Source: Candidatus Thiovulum imperiosus (lineage in GTDB: Bacteria; Campylobacterota; Campylobacteria; Campylobacterales; Thiovulaceae). Taken from it: a stretch of 64,000 bases of DNA. The translations under genes and the position numbers were made by a program. This document shows, in pieces, positions 9,296-19,694 of the stretch; within the stretch, counting starts at the first letter, position 1, and each line of letters starts with the position of its first letter. The stretch is from assembly GCA_024281175.1 (NCBI GenBank), contig JAMJTW010000027.1, positions 1,284 through 65,283 on the forward strand, read 5' to 3'. The notes below the pieces were generated by a model, which did no database searches, was not told where the DNA came from, and was given only the letters and a program-made list of their open reading frames with translations.

Positions 9296-11220
9296 GAAAT
9301 TCCCTTTTCAACTAACTCTACTACAGTTTCTACTGTGAAACCAAATTTCTTGAAAAGTTCTCCTGCAGGTGCTGAAGCTCCAAAACTCTCCATTCGGAGA
9401 ACCTCATCAGCAAATCTATACCACTCAAGACCACTTCCCATTTCTAAAGCAACTCGAAAAGAGCTTTTAGGAAAGAGGGAATTTAAATACTCTTTCTCTT
9501 GCTCCACAAGTAAATCGAAAGATGGAACTGAGACTACACGAGTAGAGATACCTTTCTCTTCTAAAACTTTAGAAGCCTCTATTCCTAAACTCACTTCACT
9601 TCCAGTTGCAATAAGTGTAACTTTTGGATTCTCTTTTTGAACAATTTGATATCCACCCTTTTCAAAGTTTATAGAATCTGAACCTAAATCTAAAACTGGA
9701 AGTTTTTGGCGACTTAGAACGAATCCACTTGGAGAATTTGTAAGTTTTAGAGCCTTTTTCCAAGCCAAGATATTTTCATTAGCATCAGCTGGTCGGAAAA
9801 GGTAGAAGTTTGGTAAAGCTCGAAATTGGGTGAGATGTTCAATAGGTTGGTGAGTTGGACCATCTTCTCCAACTCCGATAGAGTCGTGAGTCCAGATGAA
9901 AAAGTGTTGCAATTTTGAGAGACTTGCTACTCGAACAGCTGGTTTCACATAATCACTGAACACAAAGAAAGTGGAAGTGAAAGGTTTTAAGAGACCGTAA
10001 GCAGAGATTGCATTTCCAATTGCTCCCATTGAGAACTCTCGAATTCCAAAGTGGAAATTTTTCCCTTTTGGAAAGTCGCCCATTCCGATAAGTTCTGTCT
10101 TATTAGATGGTGCTAAATCTGCACTACCACCAATAAAACTTGGAACTGCTTTTGCAATTGCATTTAAAATTTTTCCATTACTATCTCGAGTTGCTACACT
10201 ACCTGAAAATTCTGGATAGGAGATTTGGAACTCTTCACTTAAGAGTCTTTCTAATGCCTCATTCTGCTCTTGATAAGGTAACTGTTTCTGAAGTTGCTTC
10301 CACTCTTTTTCATAAAGCTCACCCATCTCAACGGCACTTCTAAACCGTGCAAGAACATCACTTGGGATATAGAACTTCTCATCTGGAAAACCAGCTTTCT
10401 CTTTTGAGAGTTTTATATCTTCATCTCCAAGAGGTGAGCCGTGAGATTTATGACTTCCTTCAAATCCAACAGAACCTTTTCCAATTTTTGTATTTGCAAT
10501 GATGAGGGTAGGTCTTTTAGAAACTTTTGCAAATTCTAAAGAGGCGTCTATTTCAGAAAAGTTATGTCCATCTATCTCCATAACTTCCCAACCTTGAGAT
10601 TGAAATCGTCCTACAATATCTTCAGAAAGAGCGATAGAAGTATCTCCCTCAATTGTAATTTGGTTACTATCATAAATAAGAATTAGATTTTCAAGTTGGT
10701 GGTGTCCAGCAAGAGAACACGCTTCATAACTAATTCCCTCTTGGAGGTCTCCATCACCGCAAAAGCAATATACCTTATGGTCGATGAGGTTTGCATTTTC
10801 TCGATTGAGTTGTTCTCCTAAATATCGACTTGCCATTGCAAAACCGACCGCATTTGCAACTCCTTGCCCAAGAGGTCCAGTTGTAATTTCAACTCCGTCA
10901 GTATGTCCAAATTCAGGGTGTCCAGCAGTTTTTGAGTCTAACTGCCTAAAGTTTTTTAAATCCTCAAGAGAGACATCATAACCCCAAAGATGTAGCAGTG
11001 AGTAGAGTAGTGAAGATGCGTGTCCACCACTAAAAACAAGACGGTCTCGATTTAGCCATTTACTATTTTTTGGATTGTGTTTTAAATGTTTGCTTAAAAT
11101 TACGGATATATCTGCCAATCCCATTGGTGCTCCAGGGTGTCCGCTGTTTGCTCTTTGAACCATATCAGTAGCAAGAAACCTTAAGGTATCCGCCATTCTT
11201 TTTTCATCTCTATATTCCAA
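9292..11220 (-). CDS. tkt: Transketolase
   Basis: SGHPGAPMG, NRDRLVFSGGH, TTGPLGQG, GDGDLQEG, THDSIGVGEDGPTHQPIE. Confidence 0.97.
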   Translation of the reverse strand: MEYRDEKRMADTLRFLATDMVQRANSGHPGAPMGLADISVILSKHLKHNPKNSKWLNRDRLVFSGGHASSLLYSLLHLWGYDVSLEDLKNFRQLDSKTAGHPEFGHTDGVEITTGPLGQGVANAVGFAMASRYLGEQLNRENANLIDHKVYCFCGDGDLQEGISYEACSLAGHHQLENLILIYDSNQITIEGDTSIALSEDIVGRFQSQGWEVMEIDGHNFSEIDASLEFAKVSKRPTLIIANTKIGKGSVGFEGSHKSHGSPLGDEDIKLSKEKAGFPDEKFYIPSDVLARFRSAVEMGELYEKEWKQLQKQLPYQEQNEALERLLSEEFQISYPEFSGSVATRDSNGKILNAIAKAVPSFIGGSADLAPSNKTELIGMGDFPKGKNFHFGIREFSMGAIGNAISAYGLLKPFTSTFFVFSDYVKPAVRVASLSKLQHFFIWTHDSIGVGEDGPTHQPIEHLTQFRALPNFYLFRPADANENILAWKKALKLTNSPSGFVLSRQKLPVLDLGSDSINFEKGGYQIVQKENPKVTLIATGSEVSLGIEASKVLEEKGISTRVVSVPSFDLLVEQEKEYLNSLFPKSSFRVALEMGSGLEWYRFADEVLRMESFGASAPAGELFKKFGFTVETVVELVEKGIS

Positions 11221-11334
11221 TATATATCTCTTCCGCTTAAAAAATTATTGAAATTTTAACAATTTTTGGTTTTGAATTCTTTTTCTATCTTTGGATACAA
11301 TCCCTCTTTCAAAAATTGGAGATAGGAGAATGTT

Positions 11335-12237
11335 ATGAAACACTTTCTCTCTTTTGATGAGTTCTCTAAAGAAGATATATTAGAGATAATTGAACTCTCG
11401 AAACAGATAAAACGGGAATATTTAGAGGGTGTAAAAATTCCATATCTTGACAAAAAGATATTGGGAATGATATTTGAGAAGAGTAGTACAAGAACAAGAG
11501 TCTCTTTTGAGAGTGGGATATTTCAACTGGGAGGAGATGGAATTTTTCTTTCAAGTCGAGATATTCAGATGGGTAGAGGTGAGCCTATTTCAGATACAGC
11601 AAAAGTAATAAGTTCTATGGTAGACCTTATTATGGTTAGAACTTTTGAACATGAGAAGATAGAGGAGTTTGCCAGAAACTCAAAAACTCCTGTAATAAAT
11701 GGACTTACAGATTTATGTCATCCAGTTCAAATTCTTGCTGATTATATGACAATTCTCGAAAGTGGAATTGAAAATCCAAAAATTGCTTATGTTGGTGATG
11801 GAAACAATATGGCAAATAGTCTACTGCTCTTTTCAGCTAAAATGGGATTTGAAATAGGTATTGCTACTCCAAAAGGGTATGAACCAGATGCGGAAATTCT
11901 CTCTAAAAGTAGAGAAATTTCAGAAAAGATATATATCTCTAACTCTCCTGATGAGGTAGTTTCTGGTGCTGATGTTATCATTACAGATACTTGGGTCTCT
12001 ATGGGTGATGAAGCTGAAAAAGAGAAGAGAATTTCAGACTTTAATGGATATATTGTTGATGAAAAACTATTTTCCAAAGGTAGTGAAAATAGAATTTTTC
12101 TTCACTGTCTACCAGCATATAGAGGATATGAAGTTTCTGAAGCTGTAATTGATGGTAGTAGAAGTAAAGTTTTTAAAGAGGCTGAAAATAGACTTCATGT
12201 TCAAAAAGGTCTTATGGTCTGGCTAATGACAAAATAG
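11335..12237 (+). CDS. argF: Ornithine carbamoyltransferase
   Basis: [22 protein letters not shown]. Confidence 0.97.
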   Translation: MKHFLSFDEFSKEDILEIIELSKQIKREYLEGVKIPYLDKKILGMIFEKSSTRTRVSFESGIFQLGGDGIFLSSRDIQMGRGEPISDTAKVISSMVDLIMVRTFEHEKIEEFARNSKTPVINGLTDLCHPVQILADYMTILESGIENPKIAYVGDGNNMANSLLLFSAKMGFEIGIATPKGYEPDAEILSKSREISEKIYISNSPDEVVSGADVIITDTWVSMGDEAEKEKRISDFNGYIVDEKLFSKGSENRIFLHCLPAYRGYEVSEAVIDGSRSKVFKEAENRLHVQKGLMVWLMTK

Positions 12238-12251
12238 GCACAAATCTATTT

Positions 12252-12360
12252 TGTCATTTCGATATGAGCGTAGCGATTGAGAAATCTTGGAAACTTATTG
12301 CTTTACTATATAAAAGATTTCTCACCCGAAAGGGTTCGAAATGACATATAGGTTGTTAAG
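12252..12360 (+). mobile_element. MITE family 1, internal cassette only (full TIRs absent)
   Basis: TGTCATTTCGA..GAGAAATCT..AGATTTCTC-ACCCGAAAGGGT-TCGAAATGACA, near-identical to 59290-59405. Confidence 0.85.
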
Positions 12361-12431
12361 GAGACCTCTGAATTTGAGTAATGAAAAATTGAGTTTTTTT
12401 GGAAAAACTTGTTTTTTAGAAAATTTTTAAC

Positions 12432-12437
12432 TATAAT
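12432..12437 (+). promoter_or_regulatory. -10 box of ffs
   Basis: TATAAT 6 nt upstream of the RNA, preceded by periodic T-tracts typical of Campylobacterota promoters. Confidence 0.7.
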
Positions 12438-12443
12438 TGCAGA

Positions 12444-12544
12444 ACTCTTTCAGACCTATGCAATGGTTTGGTTAGGCAATGTGTCAGGATGGGAACATAG
12501 CAGCACACTTAACCTTAACATGTGCCGTAGGTATCTGGAGGGGT
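12444..12544 (+). ncRNA. ffs: SRP (4.5S) RNA
   Basis: Helix 8 motif TGTCAGG-ATG-GGAA-CAT-AGCAGCA; ends ACTCTTTCAGACCTATG and CGTAGGTATCTGGAGGGGT pair; about 100 nt. Confidence 0.9.
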
Positions 12545-12564
12545 GTAAACTTTGAAAATAAATG

Positions 12565-12752
12565 CTAGATAGTTCGATATACCAAAATTTGCGGTTCGAA
12601 CAAAATATTTTTTGGTTAAAGTAGTAAAGATTGTGTGTCGGTGGCTCTGTTTGACTCTTTGGTTAAGATTAGGAGTTGTCGCCTAATGTTTTTCTCAAAA
12701 CCAAGTTTAGTTTCGTTTTGCGAACTGAACTTATCTTGGAACGGCTATCTGG
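12565..12752 (+). ncRNA. ssrS: Probable 6S RNA
   Basis: 188-nt rod: CTAGATAGTT/GGCTATCTGG, CGGTTCG/CGAACTG, CAAAAT/GTTTTG, TTTGGTT/AACCAAG; strand assumed from ffs. Confidence 0.6.
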
Positions 12753-12797
12753 TTATCCTCTAAATCTGCTACAATTCACTAAAAATCAGGAAAAAGA

Positions 12798-13292
12798 ATG
12801 GATTTTGTCTCTATTATTATGGGAAGTAAATCAGATTACAGTGTTATGAAAACTGCTTCTGAAACTCTTAAGAACTTTGGTGTTAAACACGAATTGATTA
12901 TATCATCAGCTCATAGAAGTCCAGAGAGAACAAAAGAGTATATAAAAAGTGCTGAAGAGAAAGGTGCAAAAGTATTTATTGCAGCGGCTGGAATGGCAGC
13001 ACATCTTGCTGGAGCAGTTGCTGCTACAACAACAAAACCTGTAATTGGAGTTCCAATGGACGCTTCTTCTCTACAAGGTAATGATGCTCTTCTCTCTACT
13101 GTTCAAATGCCTGGTGGAATGCCTGTTGCAACAGTTGCTATTGGTAAAGCTGGAGCTAAAAACAGTGCCTATCTTGCCATGCAAATTCTTGCTGTTTCAG
13201 ATAAGGAACTTGCTGAAAAACTTCAAGAGGATAGAACTCTTCAGAAACAGAAAGTTGAAAATGACTCAAAAGAGATTGAGATAATTCTTTAG
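12798..13292 (+). CDS. purE: N5-CAIR mutase PurE
   Basis: IIMGSKSD, SAHRSP, AGMAAHL, QMPGGMPVATV. Confidence 0.97.
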   Translation: MDFVSIIMGSKSDYSVMKTASETLKNFGVKHELIISSAHRSPERTKEYIKSAEEKGAKVFIAAAGMAAHLAGAVAATTTKPVIGVPMDASSLQGNDALLSTVQMPGGMPVATVAIGKAGAKNSAYLAMQILAVSDKELAEKLQEDRTLQKQKVENDSKEIEIIL

Positions 13293-14477
13293 ATGAAAAA
13301 GCATGTCACCCTCTTAAAAAAGAATAGAGTTTTTAAAATTCTAATTTTTGTACAATTTTTAAATTTTATGGGAGGGTGGCTAACAACAACTGCTATTTTC
13401 ACTCTTTTAGTTCAGCTTGGAGCTTCACCTTTCTGGATTGGTCTGATTGGTGCTGCTCACTTTCTTGCTGGAATTTTTCAAGCTCCTTTCACAGGAGTTA
13501 TTACAGACAGGGCAAATCCAAAAAAGCTATTTCTTACAATAATTTTAGTTGAAATTTTTAGTACAACTCTACTTCTTTTTACAGATAGACCTGAACTAAT
13601 TCCAGCCATATTTATCTTGGTTCTAATTAGAATGGGTTCGGCAAGTCTCTACTTCAACTTGAAAATGGTTGTTTTTCCAAAAATTGTAGAGAGAGATGAA
13701 CTTCAAACAGCAAATGAGATAAGTACAATTAGTTGGTCTTTTACATATATTTTGGGTAATGCTTTAGGTGGTTTAGGAGTAGCATTTTTTGGAGTAACTC
13801 CAGTAATAGTTGCCGATATAGGACTCTATCTTATCTCTTTTCTAATTATGGTGAATGTGAAATTGGTATTGGAGGGTTCTAAAAGTTCTGAAAAATTTCT
13901 GGAGATGTTTCTTTCAGGATTTTCATATCTTTTCAGAAACAGAAAGATTTTACATCTTATAGCACTTCACAGTTTTGTAGGTTTAGCAACTTATGAAGTT
14001 ATTATAACTCTCGCTTCTCAACACTACTTTTATACAGCTGTTCCAGTTGCAATTGGCATCGGTTTTACCCATGCAGTTAGAGCTTTTGCAATATTCTTGG
14101 GACCTCTAATTTTTGGAAGATTTGAGATAGAGAAAGTTCTACCATACCTTTTTCTCTTTCAAGGAATTTCCCTGTTTCTCTGGAGTTTTACAATAGAGAA
14201 CTTCTACACAAACCTCATCGGCTCTTTTTTAAGTGGAGTTGTTATTGGCTCAATCTGGTCTGGAACATTTACTCTTCTCCAAAAAGCAACAGATGAGAGA
14301 TATTATGGTCGAATTATCGCTTATAACGATATGCTATTTCTAACTATCTCAGTTTTCACTTCTATCTTTTCTGGACAACTCTTCTCTCTTGGAATTTCTC
14401 TCGAAACAATGCTTATTGGAATTGGTACAATTTTTATTTCTGGATTCTTATACTCAAAATGGATTTTAAAGAATTGA
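13293..14477 (+). CDS. MFS transporter
   Basis: About 12 hydrophobic segments; GVITDR motif A; GRIIA. Confidence 0.85.
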   Translation: MKKHVTLLKKNRVFKILIFVQFLNFMGGWLTTTAIFTLLVQLGASPFWIGLIGAAHFLAGIFQAPFTGVITDRANPKKLFLTIILVEIFSTTLLLFTDRPELIPAIFILVLIRMGSASLYFNLKMVVFPKIVERDELQTANEISTISWSFTYILGNALGGLGVAFFGVTPVIVADIGLYLISFLIMVNVKLVLEGSKSSEKFLEMFLSGFSYLFRNRKILHLIALHSFVGLATYEVIITLASQHYFYTAVPVAIGIGFTHAVRAFAIFLGPLIFGRFEIEKVLPYLFLFQGISLFLWSFTIENFYTNLIGSFLSGVVIGSIWSGTFTLLQKATDERYYGRIIAYNDMLFLTISVFTSIFSGQLFSLGISLETMLIGIGTIFISGFLYSKWILKN

Positions 14478-14551
14478 GAAAGATTATTTTTTTTATCTGA
14501 TTTTATAATTTTTATCGTAATATCACCTCAAAAAAGTAGTTTTGAAATTCT

Positions 14552-15523
14552 ATGAATGTAAAGAAGAAATTAAAGAGGAAAATCTTAAGAAATATATTTG
14601 AAATCATTACAAGTGATAGAAAAAATATATTTTACTTAATATACTACTCAGCAATTGAGGCTATTTTGGTTTTAGCAATACCTTTAGCTTCTGTATTTAT
14701 TATCAACAGCGTTTTAGCACATAGCTCAATTTCTGTATTTGTTTTAGGTTTTATTGTTGTTATTGTCTTTACACTTGTAACTATTTTACAAATAATTAAA
14801 GAGTATATTATCGAAAAGTTCCAACAGAAGATATTTGTTAAAACTGGAATTACAATATCTGAAATGGCGATAAAGTTACAGAGGGCTTCTTTAGAGACAA
14901 AACACTCTATGGATAAACTTATGAACTACTTTTTTGATATCACTTCTATTCAAAAGGTTTTTCCAGTATTGCTTCTTGATGGAACAGGACTATTTATAAA
15001 AATTATTGTGAGTCTTTTACTTCTATTGGCATTCAACCCATATCTTTTTAGTATAGGTCTTGTTTTTTTTCTATTTTTCTTTGCTCTAATTCTACTACTT
15101 GGAAGAAATGGAATTAGTTATGCAATAGCTCGTTCTGATGCAAAGCACAATGCAATCTACTACCTTCAACATGTACCATATCATGAGGGAACACCTCAAG
15201 AAGTTTTAGGAGGTTTTGATGAACAGCTCAATATATTTGTTGAGTCAAGAGTAAATATGTTCCGAGTGATTATTAGACAACTCTCTATTACATTTGTGAT
15301 GGAAGGACTTATATTTAGCCTTTTTCTAATTATGGGAGGATATCTTGTTGTGAATGGTGTTCTTCCACTTGGAGAATTTGTTGCTGCCGAAATCATCGTA
15401 GTTTCTATTGCAAATGCACTCAAAGGTTTTGTAAAACAGATAGATTATATATATGATATAGTTGAAGGACTTTATAAGGTGAATAAACTTTCAGTATCTT
15501 TACAAGAGAAACAAGATGGATAG
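14552..15523 (+). CDS. ABC transporter transmembrane-domain-only protein (type I secretion-like)
   Basis: LAIPL, NYFFD, LGEFVAAEII; no Walker motifs. Confidence 0.75.
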   Translation: MNVKKKLKRKILRNIFEIITSDRKNIFYLIYYSAIEAILVLAIPLASVFIINSVLAHSSISVFVLGFIVVIVFTLVTILQIIKEYIIEKFQQKIFVKTGITISEMAIKLQRASLETKHSMDKLMNYFFDITSIQKVFPVLLLDGTGLFIKIIVSLLLLLAFNPYLFSIGLVFFLFFFALILLLGRNGISYAIARSDAKHNAIYYLQHVPYHEGTPQEVLGGFDEQLNIFVESRVNMFRVIIRQLSITFVMEGLIFSLFLIMGGYLVVNGVLPLGEFVAAEIIVVSIANALKGFVKQIDYIYDIVEGLYKVNKLSVSLQEKQDG

Positions 15524-16790
15524 ATATATTTTTAAATCTTTAGATAAAGTTGAACCAAGCAAGATGGTTAGAAGAATTTGGTTTTTTAGCTTTTCAACTA
15601 TTCTAATTTTAGTTTCAATGCTATTTTTACCTTGGCAACAGACAGTTAAGGGAAAAGGTTCTGTTGTGGCGTTTGACCCAACAGAGAGAGATTACTCTAT
15701 TTTAGCTCCAGTAGATGGTTTTATTGAAAGATTTTATGTTCATGAAAATCAGTTTGTCAAAAAAGGAGAGCCTCTTTTTAAAATGGTAGATTTGGACAAC
15801 AACTATCTACTAAAATTGGAAAAAGTTGAAAAGGATTTGAAAGAGCAAATTCAAAATAGAGTTGATGAGGTTTCAAATTTAAAACAGCAGATTTTAGAAA
15901 CAGAGAACTATTTAAAAAATGGAACTTTTGTTTATGAGCAGAAAATTTTACAAATAGAAGAGAAAATAGCGAGTTTAAATTTTAAAAGAGTATCTCTTCA
16001 AAAAAGTTATGAGATAGAGAAGAACAATTTTGAAAGAGTTTTAAATCTATACAATGAGGGAATTGAGTCGAAACGACAGTATGAACTTGTTGAGAATAGA
16101 TATATAAAAGCTGAAGCAGAATTGGAAAAAATTAAAATTGATATCTCTGTTGAGAAGAGGAATATAGCTATTTCAGAAAAAGAGAAAATGAAATTTCTGA
16201 ACGATACTAAAGCTAAATTACACTCTCTAAATAGCAATATTTTAAATGTTCAAAATGGGATAAAACAACTTACTGTTCAGCTTCAAAATCAACTTGTAAC
16301 AATTGAGAGATATCGAAATAGCGAGATGGTTGCTCCTAAAGACGGTTATGTAATTCGTCTCTTTAAAAATGACCAAAATCGATATATTAAAAAAGGTGAA
16401 AAGATACTTCACTTTGCACCAGAAGTTACAAAAAGAGCCATCTTATTAGAAGTTTCTGATTTCAATATGCCTCTAATTAAAGAGGGTTTACCAACAAGAA
16501 TTATGTTTCATGGTTGGCCTGCTCTTCAAATTAGTGGTTGGCCAAAAATTCAATTTGGCTCTTTTGGTGGTGTTGTAGAGAAAGTAGAACACATTTCTCA
16601 TAAAGAAGGATTTTACTACGCTCTTGTCACAGAAGAGTCTGACGAGTGGCCAGAAAAAGAGCAACTTAGAATGGGTAGCAGAGCTTCTGTTTGGGTTAGA
16701 CTCTCTACTGTTCCAATCTGGTATCAACTCTGGAGATTTATGAATGCTATGCCTCCAAAAATGGTAACACCTGATAGAGAGAAGTATTAA
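15516..16790 (+). CDS. HlyD-family membrane fusion protein
   Basis: LPWQQT, lipoyl halves APVDG and APKDG, long coiled coil, F.GWPALQ.SGWP. Confidence 0.88.
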   Translation: MDRYIFKSLDKVEPSKMVRRIWFFSFSTILILVSMLFLPWQQTVKGKGSVVAFDPTERDYSILAPVDGFIERFYVHENQFVKKGEPLFKMVDLDNNYLLKLEKVEKDLKEQIQNRVDEVSNLKQQILETENYLKNGTFVYEQKILQIEEKIASLNFKRVSLQKSYEIEKNNFERVLNLYNEGIESKRQYELVENRYIKAEAELEKIKIDISVEKRNIAISEKEKMKFLNDTKAKLHSLNSNILNVQNGIKQLTVQLQNQLVTIERYRNSEMVAPKDGYVIRLFKNDQNRYIKKGEKILHFAPEVTKRAILLEVSDFNMPLIKEGLPTRIMFHGWPALQISGWPKIQFGSFGGVVEKVEHISHKEGFYYALVTEESDEWPEKEQLRMGSRASVWVRLSTVPIWYQLWRFMNAMPPKMVTPDREKY

Positions 16791-16886
16791 ATTTTTACTC
16801 TTCCTCCTCAACTTAGTTTTGTAGGAGGTCTACTCACTAAGTCTTTAAAAATGTTATAATTTGTAAAGTTAAATTAGAAGATTTTT

Positions 16887-17867
16887 ATGAATATAGTTAG
16901 TGGTATGAGACCAACAGGTAGATTGCATTTAGGGCATTACCTTGGAGTTTTGAAAAATTGGGTTGAGTTACAAAAGGGGAATAGCGGATATTTTTTTGTT
17001 GCTGATTGGCATGCACTCTCAACAAGTTATGAAGATAAATTACATCTCAAAAATCTATCTATTGGATTGGCAAAAGATTGGTTAAGTGCTGGAATAGATC
17101 CAGAAAAAGCTACTATTTTTGTACAGAGTTCTGTAAAAGCTCATGCTGAACTTTTTGTAATTTTGAATATGATTACACCATTGGGTTGGCTTGAGAGAAA
17201 TCCAACTTACAAAGACCAGATAGAGCAGTTACAGAAAGATGTAAATAGTGGAGGTTTTTTAACTTATCCAGTTTTACAAACTGCTGATATTCTACTTTAT
17301 GATGCTGATGCAGTTCCAATTGGAGAGGACCAGAAACCTCATCTCGAAATTAGCAGAGAGATAGTTAGAAGATTTCACCATCTTTTTGGAGAAGATATTT
17401 TTCATGAACCAAAAGCACTACTTTCAGAGACTCCAAAACTTCTTGGTCTTGATGGTAGAAAGATGAGTAAAAGTTATGGAAATTCCATCTATCTTACAGA
17501 CTCTACTGATGAGGTTTGGCAGAAATTACGAACTGCAAAAACTGACACAAATCGAGTTCGAAAAACAGATAAAGGAAATCCAGAAGTTTGTCTAGTTTTT
17601 GATTATCATAAAGAGTTCTCGAAACCTGAAACTGTTTCTGAAATAGATGCTGAGTGTCGAGCTGGAACTATTGGGTGTGTTCAGTGTAAAAAGAGCTGTT
17701 TAAGTTCTATGGAGAGTGTTCTTTCTCCAATGAGAGAGCGGAGAGAGAAATTTTCAGACTCTGCTGTTTTAGAGATTTTAGAAGCTGGAAATCATAAAGC
17801 AAACCAGATAGCGACCGCTAAGATGGAAAAGGTAAATAGAGTTGTCTTTGAGAGAGTGGAAGTTTAG
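16887..17867 (+). CDS. trpS: Tryptophanyl-tRNA synthetase
   Basis: SGMRPTG.LHLGH, YPVLQTADIL, GEDQ, KMSKS. Confidence 0.96.
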   Translation: MNIVSGMRPTGRLHLGHYLGVLKNWVELQKGNSGYFFVADWHALSTSYEDKLHLKNLSIGLAKDWLSAGIDPEKATIFVQSSVKAHAELFVILNMITPLGWLERNPTYKDQIEQLQKDVNSGGFLTYPVLQTADILLYDADAVPIGEDQKPHLEISREIVRRFHHLFGEDIFHEPKALLSETPKLLGLDGRKMSKSYGNSIYLTDSTDEVWQKLRTAKTDTNRVRKTDKGNPEVCLVFDYHKEFSKPETVSEIDAECRAGTIGCVQCKKSCLSSMESVLSPMRERREKFSDSAVLEILEAGNHKANQIATAKMEKVNRVVFERVEV

Positions 17868-18711
17868 AGGAGAGTATCTCCTCTTTCTATTTTTCCGTTT
17901 TGGAGTGAAATATCTTCCAAAAGATATTTTTCTCTCTCTTCTCTCTTCTCTTCTCTCAAAAATCTTGCCATATCGAAAAATTGTTAGAAAGAATTTGGAA
18001 ATTGCTTTTGGAGAGAATTTCTCAAAAGAGAACTGGAAAAGAGTTACCAAATCCTGTATTTTCAACTTACTTCACAATATAGCTACTGTGATAGAGAACT
18101 TAGATAGAAAACCTGAAGAGATAGGCAAACTTGTAGAGTTTGAGAATTTAGAAATTCTGGAAGAGGTTTTGAAAGAAGAAAAGAGTCTTATATTCTCCTC
18201 TGGTCACCTCTCAAATTGGGAACTTTTGGCTACTGCTGTTACTACACAGATAGCTTCTGGATATGGTGTTGTTGAAAAGATGAAAAATCCATATATGGAA
18301 AAACTTTTAAGTAGTAGTCGTCAAAGAATGGGAATTACAACTGTTCCAATGAAAGGAGCTTTAAGAAAACTGGTTAAAGCTATTCGTGAAAATAGAAATG
18401 TGATGATTTTGATAGACCAGTCTCTAAATAGAGGTTATGGAAAAGAGTTTCCATTTTTTGGAAAAGAGGCAATTCATACAGAGACAAACCATTTTCTATC
18501 TAAAAAGTTTGACTTATATATTGTTCCAACTTACATAAGAAAAGGTGAAGAGAAACATATTATCTCTTTTGAAAAACCATTTAAGGCTTCTGAAGTAGAG
18601 AACCCTTTACAAACAGAGTTGGAGATACTTGAGAGTAAAATTGAGAGTGATTTAGGAAACTGGTTGTGGTGTCATAGAAGATGGAAAAACAACAAAGGAA
18701 TTTACAATTGA
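17842..18711 (+). CDS. Lipid A lauroyl/palmitoyl acyltransferase (HtrB/LpxL family)
   Basis: HLSNWE, LIDQ, WLWCHRRWK; exact start uncertain. Confidence 0.88.
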   Translation: MSLREWKFRGEYLLFLFFRFGVKYLPKDIFLSLLSSLLSKILPYRKIVRKNLEIAFGENFSKENWKRVTKSCIFNLLHNIATVIENLDRKPEEIGKLVEFENLEILEEVLKEEKSLIFSSGHLSNWELLATAVTTQIASGYGVVEKMKNPYMEKLLSSSRQRMGITTVPMKGALRKLVKAIRENRNVMILIDQSLNRGYGKEFPFFGKEAIHTETNHFLSKKFDLYIVPTYIRKGEEKHIISFEKPFKASEVENPLQTELEILESKIESDLGNWLWCHRRWKNNKGIYN

Positions 18712-19694
18712 AAATATTAATTGTTCGTCTATCAGCTCTTGGAGATATAGTCCATTCAGCTGTTGTTTTAGAGTTTATTAAGAGATACAAGCCTGATGCT
18801 AAAATAGATTGGTTGGTTGATAAGAGATTTAAATCTATTTTAGAAAACAGTATATATATAGATAAGTTGTACAGTCTCGATTTAAAAGGAGAAGAGAGCA
18901 GTTTTGAGAAAATTTCAAATGTCATCAAAAAGAGTAAATTTCTAAAAAGTAAAAAGTATGACTATATAATAGATATGCAAGGTCTTCTAAAATCTAGTAT
19001 TCTTGCCAGACTTATTGGAAAAAATACTTATGGTTTCTCTTGGAAATCAGCTAGAGAAGGTGCTTCATCTCTACTTTATAAAAAAAAGAGTGTTTCAAAT
19101 TACAATGAAAACAAAATACTGCGAAATGTTCAACTTATAAATGATGCTTTAAATTTAAAAATCTCTAAAGATGAGGTTTTAAATAAGAGACAACATCTCT
19201 TCTACTCAGATACAACTTTTTCATCAAATGAGAAAGTTCTATTTGTAGTTGGCTCAAGTATGGCTCAAAAGAACTATCCGAAAGAGAAGTTTTTGGAGTT
19301 GGCACAACTTTTAGATAGACAAATCTCAATTATTTGGGGTAGTTTAGAAGAGAGAAAACTTGCTGTCTGGATTGCAAATAGATGTAGTAATGTGGAACTT
19401 GCTCCAAAGATGAATTTAGACCAATTGAAACACTATATTTTCACCTCATCGTTAGTAATTGGAAATGATAGTGGTCCAACACATATAGCTTGGGCAATGA
19501 ATATACCGTCAATAGTTCTCTTTGGAATGACACCTCCAGAACAGATGTTGGTTACAGAGATAAATAGATATTTGAAATCAGATAGTGTTGTAAATCCTTC
19601 AAAATTACAAAAGAGTGACTTCTCAATTGGAGATATAAAAGCAGAAGATATTATGGAAATAGTGAAAGAGTTAGATGAAAAAAAGGGTAGTTGA
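18708..19694 (+). CDS. waaC: LPS heptosyltransferase I
   Basis: KILIVRLSALGDIVH, IDMQGLLKS, GNDSGPTH; TTG start at 18708 overlaps the upstream stop. Confidence 0.88.
   Translation: MKILIVRLSALGDIVHSAVVLEFIKRYKPDAKIDWLVDKRFKSILENSIYIDKLYSLDLKGEESSFEKISNVIKKSKFLKSKKYDYIIDMQGLLKSSILARLIGKNTYGFSWKSAREGASSLLYKKKSVSNYNENKILRNVQLINDALNLKISKDEVLNKRQHLFYSDTTFSSNEKVLFVVGSSMAQKNYPKEKFLELAQLLDRQISIIWGSLEERKLAVWIANRCSNVELAPKMNLDQLKHYIFTSSLVIGNDSGPTHIAWAMNIPSIVLFGMTPPEQMLVTEINRYLKSDSVVNPSKLQKSDFSIGDIKAEDIMEIVKELDEKKGS

Noticed and set aside
12361-12375. GAGACCTCTGAA as a possible IS end
   Set aside because: No partner inverted repeat or TSD was found in the window
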